From Candidatus Saccharimonadota bacterium (GTDB taxonomy: Bacteria > Bacillota_I > Bacilli_A > Mycoplasmatales > Hepatoplasmataceae): a stretch of DNA of 32,000 nucleotides. The position numbers and the translations under genes are program-made. Shown here piece by piece: positions 21,289 to 28,256 of the stretch. Position 1 is the stretch's first letter; each line of letters begins with the position of its first letter. The notes under the pieces were generated by a model, which saw nothing but the letters and a program-made list of their open reading frames with translations, was not told where the DNA came from and searched no databases. The DNA lies in assembly GCA_027925325.1 (NCBI GenBank), contig AP027133.1, positions 450,001 through 482,000 of the forward strand. Reading direction: 5' to 3'.

Positions 21289-21834
21289 TTATTTATTTTT
21301 TAATAAATTTTTAATATATTTAATATCCTTCTCTTTTAAACCATTTGTTGTATCAATTACATAATCAAATTTAATTGCTAAATTGTCCCATTTTTCAATC
21401 ATTTTTTCGATAAAAGGATAATAATTACCGCTTTCTTTTGCTCGTTTGATTATTTCATTTTTATCTGCTTTTATTAAAATTAATTTATCATAATTAAATT
21501 TTATCGGCGATGAAGAAATGATTGGTAATTCTGCAACATAGTTATCTTGATCTTTTAAATGATTTTTGATTATCGGATGAATCATTTCATTTAATTTCTT
21601 TAATTCTTGTGGATTATTTGTAACTAATATTCCTAATTTTCTTCGATCAACCGATTTGTCTGTGACAAATTGCTTCCCGAAGTATTTTTTAATTAATTTA
21701 TATCCCTCTCCATTCTTAAGATAAATTTTTTTAACAAAAGAATCAGCATGAAAAACTCTTACTTTTTCTTTTTGTAATTCTTTTAAAATTGTTGTTTTTC
21801 CAGAAAATGGTGAACCTATAAGAATAATTATCAT
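21289..21834 (-). CDS. coaE: dephospho-CoA kinase
   Basis: 181-aa intact ORF. The P-loop is GSPFSGKTT. FGKQFVTDKSVDRRKLGILVTNNPQELKKLNEMIHPII matches the CoaE core (FG...dG.ldR..L..ivF.n......Ln.i.HP.i). Confidence 0.8.
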   Translation of the reverse strand: MIIILIGSPFSGKTTILKELQKEKVRVFHADSFVKKIYLKNGEGYKLIKKYFGKQFVTDKSVDRRKLGILVTNNPQELKKLNEMIHPIIKNHLKDQDNYVAELPIISSSPIKFNYDKLILIKADKNEIIKRAKESGNYYPFIEKMIEKWDNLAIKFDYVIDTTNGLKEKDIKYIKNLLKNK

Positions 21835-21949
21835 TTTAGTCTCTTTCTAAAAATATCTTTAATTATATAATAATTAAATTAAATAAAGATTTCAATAATT
21901 AATATTATAGTTTTCTCTTCTATTTAATTAAAGATTATTTAAATTAATA

Positions 21950-23359
21950 TTAAATTGTGCTCTCAAGAACGATAAATAAAATTAAAATCGGTGTAATAAA
22001 AGCAAGAATTGAATCTAATTCTTTTCATCTTTTGGTAAAAATCATTATTATTACGTAAAAAATCAAGCCAAATATTATTCCGTCGCCGATTGAATAAGTT
22101 AAAATAGAAAAAATAATAATTGTAAAGCTGGCGATAAGAATTGCATTATCTTTTAAATTAATTTTAGTAATATTTTTAAACATCAAAAAGCCAACAAGAA
22201 ATAAAGCCCCAATCGTAATACAATCTGTTATCAGACTTTCAAAAAGAGGAATAAAAGGAATCGCTAATAAAAAGCAAATTCCGGTTGTAATTGAAGTTAA
22301 ACCGGTCCTTCCTCCATAAGCTATCCCTGTCGCCGATTCTGCATATACGATTGTATTTGTTGATCCAATTAACGAACCTAAACTTATAGAAGTTGAATTT
22401 ATAAAAAAAGTTCGTTTACTCTTTTTTGGATCAATTTGATAATTTGGATCATTTTCTAATTCTTTTTCAATCATAAAGATTGTTCCTGAACTATCAAGTA
22501 AAGAAATTAAAAATAAAATAAAAATAATAATATAAAAATTGATATCGGTTCAGGTTGAACTATCTGTTAACCCTTCTCAGAATAATAAACTAAGATTATT
22601 AATTCCTATAAAAGACTCCTTATAGCCACTAAAATCAAAATTTATTCAAGGTAAATCTTCATTTATTTCTGAAGTATAATTTAAAATTAAATTCATCAAT
22701 AAACCGACTAAAATCGCAAAAATAATCCCATAAATAATCGCTCCATGAATCTTATTTGCTCAAAGGATTGTTGTAAAAATAATCGTAAGGAGCGCTAATA
22801 ATGTAACAAGATTATAAAGATCACCTAATTCTGTTGGTGTTCCGTTTCCTGCTGTAATAATCCCAGTATTATATAATCCAACATAAAAAATAAAAGCTCC
22901 TATTCCAACTGTAATCGCTAATTTTAAATCATTTGGAATCGCTTTTAATAATCGCGCTTGTGTTCCGGTAAGCGCAACAATCATCAAAAATATTCCCGAA
23001 ATTAAAATTGCAAGATAACTTGCAAAAGGGCCGATCAACGAAATTGCATTATAAGCGATAAAAGCATTTACACCCATTCCAGATGCTATTCCAACCGGAA
23101 ATTTTGCATATACGCCAATTATAATCGTTGTTATTCCGGCCACAATTGCTGTAATTATCATAATTGAGCCAGGATTATAAATTAAAAACTGATCTGGATT
23201 TGCTTCATTTCAAATATCAATTCCCACCGATAAAATACTCGCTTGGACAAAAATAATATAAAGCATCGAGATAAAAACGATTAATCCAGCGATTAATTCT
23301 TTTTTAATATTAGTCTTATTATTTTTTAATTGAAAGTAATTGTAAATAAAATCATGCAA
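21950..23359 (-). CDS. NCS2/AzgA-family purine (guanine/hypoxanthine/adenine) permease, 469 aa
   Basis: Fragments 22025..22474 and 22760..23161 plus flanks are one frame joined by TGA codons. The N-terminus YFQLKNNKTNIKKELIAGLIVFISMLYIIFVQASIL parallels PbuG-type FFQ..E.GT....EIIGGLTTF..MAYILFVNP. It also has ...YAESATGIAYGGRTGLTS. The apparent start is a TTG at 23357..23359; the nearby ATG is out of frame. Confidence 0.75.
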
Positions 23360-23372
23360 TTTATTAACCCTA

Positions 23373-24215
23373 TTATTTATTAATATTTAAAATCTGTTCT
23401 GTTGGACAAAAATAAGTTCCTCTTCCAGCGACAACAATTTTTTTAATTGGTGTACGACAAATTTTACAAGCCAATCCTTTTCTTCCATGGACCATTAATT
23501 TATTTTGAAAATTTCCTTTTTCACCAAATGACTTAAAAGTCTTAATTGTTGATCCACCATCCTTAATTGATGCTTTTAAAATTAAAATTGAGGCATCAAT
23601 GATTTTTTTAAATTGTTCTTTTGTAATATTTTTTACAATTTCTTGTGGATGAATTTTTGCCGAAAATAAAACTTCATCAACATAAATATTACCTAAACCA
23701 GATAGATATTTTTGGCTCAAAAGAAAACTTTTAATCGTACTCTTAATATTTTTAATTTGTTGATAAAATTTTTCAAAATCAAGATCTCAAGGTTCAGGAC
23801 CGAGATTTTTAAAAAAAGTATGATCCTTGATCTGTTTGTTATTTTCAAAAAGATCAATCGTTGCGAATTTTCGATGATCATCAAATAATAATCAATTATT
23901 ATCATTTAACTTAAAACTAGCAATAGTATGTTTTAAATCATATCGTTCTAATTTATCTTTTTTTAATAATTTAAAATTTCCCTCCATTCTAAGATGAAGA
24001 ACAAAATATTTATCTTCTGTTTCAATAATTAAATTCTTAGCAATTTGAAAAACATCAATCACTTTCAATTTTTTTAAATCTTCTAATTCTTTTTTTGTTA
24101 CTGTTCGCAAAGACTTTTCACAATAAAGTTTAATTGAATCAATTATTTGATTTTTTTGTAACAAAATTGCTTTTAATTGGTTTGCTACAACCGTAACTTC
24201 TGGTAACTCAGGCAT
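23373..24215 (-). CDS. fpg: formamidopyrimidine-DNA glycosylase (280 aa)
   Basis: Fragments 23892..24215 and 23373..23720 are in the same frame, joined by TGA codons. The N-terminal catalytic MPELPEV is present, with the H2TH region SGLGNIYVDEVLF. The C-terminal finger is CKICRTPIKKIVVAGRGTYFCPTEQ. Confidence 0.9.
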
Positions 24216-24239
24216 TTCTTTTCTCGCTTAATTTTTATC

Positions 24240-25160
24240 TTATTTTTTTTTGTCTTCCGACATCTTCATTTTTTTAAATTTATCTGCTAAACTAAAAACT
24301 TCTTTCTCTTCAAAAAAAAGAATTAATTTTTTAAAATCATTTAAATTATGATAAAAAAAGTCATCTAATTTAAATTTGAAATCATTATCTTTTGTTTTGA
24401 TCGTTGCCAAATCTTTAGATTGAAGCGCAGTTGCTTTTTGAGCAATAATTTTTGTTGCAAGACTCTTTGGTAATTGATTAATATTTGAAAATATCGTCTC
24501 TAAATTATTATAATAAACTAATAATTTAATTGCTCCTTGCGGACCGATTCCTTTTATTCCTAAAATATTATCAGATTTATCACCAGCAATCGCTTTATAA
24601 TCAGGAATTTGAACAGGACTAAGATTATTAAATTTTTTGGCAAAATTATTAATATTAAATTCTTCTAAATCCTGTACTCCTTTTCTAGCAAGATAAACCG
24701 TTACTTTTTCATCAACTAATTGCAAAAAATCGTAATCTGTTGTTACGATATTTATTATATAATCATCTTTTTTTGCTTCCTTTGCGATAATTCCAATCAA
24801 ATCATCTGCTTCATTATAAGGATTATTAGCAGCATAAATACCATATAAATTTAAAAATTGATAAACCATCGGAATCTGTAAAATTAAATCTTTTGGTGTC
24901 TCTTTTCGATTTGCCTTATAAAAATCAAATTGATGACGATACGTCTTTTTTTCTTTTGAATCAAAAGCAACAAAAATATATTGTGCATTTTTAAAAATTT
25001 GTTGTAATTTTAAAATCATCAAACTAAAAGCACGTAAAGCATTTACAGGTTCACCTTTTGAATTATAACCCTTCTTATTTTCTAGCATTTTATAAGTACC
25101 ATAATAGGATTTAAAAAGTAATGAATTCCCATCTATAAGTAATATTTCTTTGTTTTTCAT
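24240..25160 (-). CDS. 5'-3' exonuclease (FEN/Pol I N-terminal domain only, 306 aa; no polymerase domain)
   Basis: Intact ORF. LLIDGNSLLFKSYY, FDSKEKKTYRHQ..YKANR, NPYNEADDLIG, TTDYDFLQL, and IAGDKSDNILGIKGIGPQGA (H3TH). The ORF ends after about 300 aa. It sits upstream of fpg, as polA does in Bacillus. Confidence 0.88.
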   Translation of the reverse strand: MKNKEILLIDGNSLLFKSYYGTYKMLENKKGYNSKGEPVNALRAFSLMILKLQQIFKNAQYIFVAFDSKEKKTYRHQFDFYKANRKETPKDLILQIPMVYQFLNLYGIYAANNPYNEADDLIGIIAKEAKKDDYIINIVTTDYDFLQLVDEKVTVYLARKGVQDLEEFNINNFAKKFNNLSPVQIPDYKAIAGDKSDNILGIKGIGPQGAIKLLVYYNNLETIFSNINQLPKSLATKIIAQKATALQSKDLATIKTKDNDFKFKLDDFFYHNLNDFKKLILFFEEKEVFSLADKFKKMKMSEDKKK

Positions 25161-25190
25161 ATAAATTTTCTTAATTATGACTTAATAATT

Positions 25191-25625
25191 TTAACCAACA
25201 AGAACTAAAATTCCACCAATAAGTGAACAAAATAAACCAAAAATTCCAGCAGCAATCTTATATTTTACATTCCCTCTTAATACGACAAAATTAAAATAAA
25301 TACAAGGAATTGTATAAATAAGCGTAAAGATGAAAAGACTAAAAAAGATTCCAAAAAAAATGTTAATAACAGCTCCTATTTTTGTAACTGTTGAAACTTC
25401 AACTTGAAAGACAGTTTGTTGATGATTATATTGTTCAAAATTATTTTGTACCCTTTGTGGATTTTTTAGATCATCCGCTTTTAATAAATCAATCATTTCT
25501 TGTCGGTTAGTTTTATCTTGAACAAATGGAATTTTACGAGCAATTAATTGTTCAAGTAATTGTTGATCAGTTAAAATATCATAATTCATAAATAAATTAT
25601 AATACAGAAAATTAAATTCAATCAC
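25191..25625 (-). CDS. hypothetical membrane protein (two C-terminal TM helices)
   Basis: Intact ORF. The soluble N-terminal part DILTDQQLLEQLIARKIPFVQDKTNRQEMIDLL looks helix-extension-helix/SAP-like. The start could be the GTG at 25625 or the ATG at 25589. Confidence 0.4.
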   Translation of the reverse strand: MIEFNFLYYNLFMNYDILTDQQLLEQLIARKIPFVQDKTNRQEMIDLLKADDLKNPQRVQNNFEQYNHQQTVFQVEVSTVTKIGAVINIFFGIFFSLFIFTLIYTIPCIYFNFVVLRGNVKYKIAAGIFGLFCSLIGGILVLVG

Positions 25626-25949
25626 TTAATATTTTTTTAATAAATCAAAAAAATCAGTTTGCAATTTTTGTTCTTTAATTTGCGAAATTAAATTTAATAA
25701 TTGTCTATTTTTTTCACTTAATTTTAATTTCTCTTCAAAAAATAGAAGATTTTTTTCAGCACGTTTTAAGATATCATAAACTGAATTTCGATTAATATCT
25801 AAAACAGTAGCAATTTCTGTAAGGGAGAAATCTTCAAAATAATAAAACTCAAATAATTGCTGCTGTTTTTTTGTTAATAATAATTTATAAAAATCATAAT
25901 AATCAATAAGTTTTGCTAATTTATTTATTTTATTTGTCATTCTCATCAT
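25626..25949 (-). CDS. ylxM: UPF0122 protein YlxM (SRP-associated HTH protein)
   Basis: 107 aa. YDFYKLLLTKKQQQLFEFYYFEDFSLTEIATVLDINRNSVYDILKRAEKNL matches the YlxM sigma-70-region-4-like HTH. It lies immediately downstream of ftsY, as in Bacillus. The start overlaps the ftsY stop. Confidence 0.85.
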   Translation of the reverse strand: MMRMTNKINKLAKLIDYYDFYKLLLTKKQQQLFEFYYFEDFSLTEIATVLDINRNSVYDILKRAEKNLLFFEEKLKLSEKNRQLLNLISQIKEQKLQTDFFDLLKKY

Positions 25950-26964
25950 CTTCTTCTAAGAGATCAGAAAGCATCGCTAGCAAATATTGATTAAGATCAA
26001 ATTGAGCAAAATCGGTGATTTTTTCACCCATTCCGATAAATTTAACAGGAATGTTAAATACATCTTTAATTGCAAGAATAATTCCCCCTTTTGCACTTGA
26101 ATCGGTTTTTGTAAGAATTATTCCTGTAAGGTTGATTAATTTATCAAACTCCGCAGCCTGATTAATTCCATTTTGACCGATCGTTGCATCAAGAACTAAT
26201 AATTTTTCTTGTGCATTTTTATTTAATAATTTTAAAATTACCTTATTAATTTTTTCAAGTTCTTGCATTAAATTTGCTTTATTTTGCAATCTTCCGGCCG
26301 TATCGATAATTAAAACATTTGCTTTTATTTTTTGTGCTTTAAGGATCGCTTTATAAACAACTGAAGCCGGATCTTGTCCTTCTTTATCTGGAATTATAAC
26401 ATCTATTTTTAATCTATCTCCTCATACTTTTAATTGCTCAACAGCACCGGCACGAAATGTATCGGCCGCTGCAAGGACTACTTTTTGTTCTTTTTTGATT
26501 AAATAATCAGCAAGTTTAGCGATTGAAGTTGTCTTCCCTGTTCCATTTACACCGATTACTAAAATAACATTTAAATCATCTTTTAAATTAAGTAATAATT
26601 GCTCTTTTTTATGATCTTTTTCTAAATATGAATCAAATAAATAATCAACAACAAATTGATTAATTTTTGCTGTCTCGTTAATTTTTTTAATTTTAAGATC
26701 TGCTTTTATTTTATTAATTAAATTATTAGCATATAACGCCCCAATATCAGCTTCAATTAATATTTTTAATAATTCATCAAAATATTCCTGATCGACAACA
26801 AATTTTCTTGCTGCCAATTTTTTTAAACGATATGCAAATGATTTATTTGTTTTGCTTAATGCTTTTTGATATTTTTGTTCAATTTGATCTTCTTTTTGTG
26901 CTTTAATCTTTGTTAAAACTTGATCTTCTTTTTTCTTCTTTTTTAAAAATTTAAATATTGCCAT
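25930..26964 (-). CDS. ftsY: signal recognition particle receptor FtsY (344 aa)
   Basis: Fragments 26422..26964 and 25930..26289 are in the same frame, joined across TGA. SRP GTPase motifs are present: [25 protein letters not shown] and [12 protein letters not shown]. Confidence 0.93.
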
Positions 26965-27140
26965 TTTTATTCTCTTTAATTGATAAATTCTTCTTTAATT
27001 TGATCTAAATTAACATTAAAAATACTTGTAATCCCTTTTTCTTGCATCGTAACACCGTAAAGAATATCTGCTTTTTCCATCGTTCCTGGACGATGAGAGA
27101 CAATAATTAATTGTGTTTGATTATTTAAAATTTTAGCAAA
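26941..27140. repeat. 200-bp direct repeat, copy A (ftsY 5' end + spacer + duplicated smc 3' end)
   Basis: Base-by-base comparison with 28057..28256 gives 196 of 200 identical. Mismatches are at 27032, 27033, 27057 and 27081. Confidence 0.95.
26976..27140 (-). pseudogene. smc: duplicated 3'-terminal fragment of smc (last 54 codons + stop)
   Basis: Translates to [54 protein letters not shown]. It differs from the true SMC C-terminus (28092..28256) only by V to I. Upstream it is fused in frame to unrelated sequence (possible 80-aa chimeric ORF 26976..27218). Confidence 0.85.
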
Positions 27141-28056
27141 ATAAAAAATATTTCGATATTTTCTTCAATAGATAATGCTTTTATTTCATTTAACAATCCA
27201 TATATAAATAATGTTCATGACGAATGTAAATTTAATTAATAAAAATCCTTCATTTCTTTTAAGATATTTATAAATTTAATTTATTATTATGTTTGTTATA
27301 ATGTTAATTTATTTTAAACTTCATATCAATTAAATTTTTGTAGAAAAAAATCCATTATAAAATATATTTTTTTATCAATAAATTCTTTTTTAATCTTGAA
27401 ACTTTCATAATCTAATATAAAATTAAAATCATTATTTTTTCTTTTGTTATTTTCTCAAAAAGATATTTCATTTATTTTTTTTAAAGAAAAATTTTTGTTT
27501 AAATTTTCTATTTTCATGTTATCGTTAAAACATAAAACATTATAAGTAAAGTTTCATCTATATACTCGATTTTTATCTTCTTTTGAATTCAAAAAAAGAA
27601 TTGTTTTTTCAAAAGATTTTAAAATATGCACTATACGATTTTTTTCATTTTTTCTTCTATGTTGACGAAGAGATTTTTTAAATCAATTATCTATTGATTC
27701 TTCATTTTCTATGTATTGAAATGTTTTTCATTTAAAAAATCACATATAATATAATTCTCAAAAATGTAATTCATTTTGATCTAAAATTTTATCAAACAAT
27801 TTTAAAATTTTAAAATCTCCTTTTCATTCTTTTTTTATTGTTTTTTCTTTTTTGTATCAATGTTGATATAATCTATTTCTTAAATTTGTTGTTCTACCAA
27901 TATAAGTAATTTTATTATCTAATCATAATGAATATATGCATTTTATATTATTAAATTCTTTTTTATTAATACTATTGTAGTTAAACATTTCTCCAAAGTT
28001 ATAATCTTCAAATTTCACTTTTTAAGTAATCCTTTTACAATTCTTTATATACAATA
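27141..28056 (-). mobile_element. 916-bp insertion carrying a free-standing GIY-YIG endonuclease gene (homing-endonuclease-like cassette) between smc and ftsY
   Basis: Unique sequence lying between the two 200-bp direct repeats. It contains one long table-4 ORF with GIY-YIG motifs. I saw no transposase, integrase or terminal inverted repeats. Confidence 0.7.
27314..28018 (-). CDS. GIY-YIG domain nuclease (234 aa) with an uncharacterised C-terminal half
   Basis: Absent from the ORF track because it has 10 in-frame TGA codons and no TGG. My translation: (GTG)KFEDYNFGEMFNYNSINKKEFNNIKCIYSLWLDNKITYIGRTTNLRNRLYQHWYKKEK...NELHFWELYYMWFFKWKTFQYIENEES... The motifs are (G)IY, spacer, YIG, R..RL..H, then a conserved Glu (FWE) and Asn. 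I checked the frame at four coordinates. The stop is a TAA at 27314..27316. An alternative start is the ATG at 27988. Confidence 0.7.
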
Positions 28057-28080
28057 TTTTAAAAATTTAAATATTGCCAT
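28045..28080 (-). pseudogene. ftsY: decapitated duplicate of the ftsY start (RBS + first 8 codons, then a stop after 11 codons)
   Basis: ATG GCA ATA TTT AAA TTT TTA AAA is identical to the ftsY 5' end at 26964. It then diverges (TAT TGT ATA TAA) at the repeat boundary. Confidence 0.7.
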
Positions 28081-28256
28081 TTTTATTCTCTTTAATTGAT
28101 AAATTCTTCTTTAATTTGATCTAAATTAACATTAAAAATACTTGTAACTCCTTTTTCTTGCATCGTAACACCATAAAGAATATCTGCTTTTTCCATTGTT
28201 CCTGGACGATGAGAGACAATAATTAATTGTGTTTGATTATTTAAAATTTTAGCAAA
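28057..28256. repeat. 200-bp direct repeat, copy B (true smc 3' end + spacer + duplicated ftsY 5' end)
   Basis: See copy A. Mismatches are at 28148, 28149, 28173 and 28197. Confidence 0.95.

Noticed and set aside
23717-23905. Minus-strand 62-aa ORF between the two fpg fragments.
   Set aside because: It is in a different frame from both fpg fragments. The fpg frame itself is continuous across this region via TGA codons (LLFDDHRKFATIDLF...GPEPWDLDF), so the 62-aa ORF is an out-of-frame artefact.
24240-25160. Truncated polA pseudogene.
   Set aside because: The ORF is intact, ends cleanly and retains all FEN-domain acidic motifs and the H3TH motif. Stand-alone 5'-3' exonucleases replacing full Pol I are a known feature of reduced Mollicutes genomes.
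27141-28056. Insertion sequence or transposon interpretation of the insert.
   Set aside because: No transposase- or integrase-like ORF is present under table 4. I could find no terminal inverted repeats at 27141 or 28056. A 200-bp duplication is far longer than IS target-site duplications.
26941-28256. The 200-bp duplication could be an assembly artefact or a collapsed or expanded repeat.
   Set aside because: I cannot fully exclude this without reads. However, the copies differ at 4 positions, both outer junctions continue seamlessly into intact smc and ftsY, and the intervening 916 bp is unique coding sequence. I have kept it as a real structure, with read-level validation suggested.
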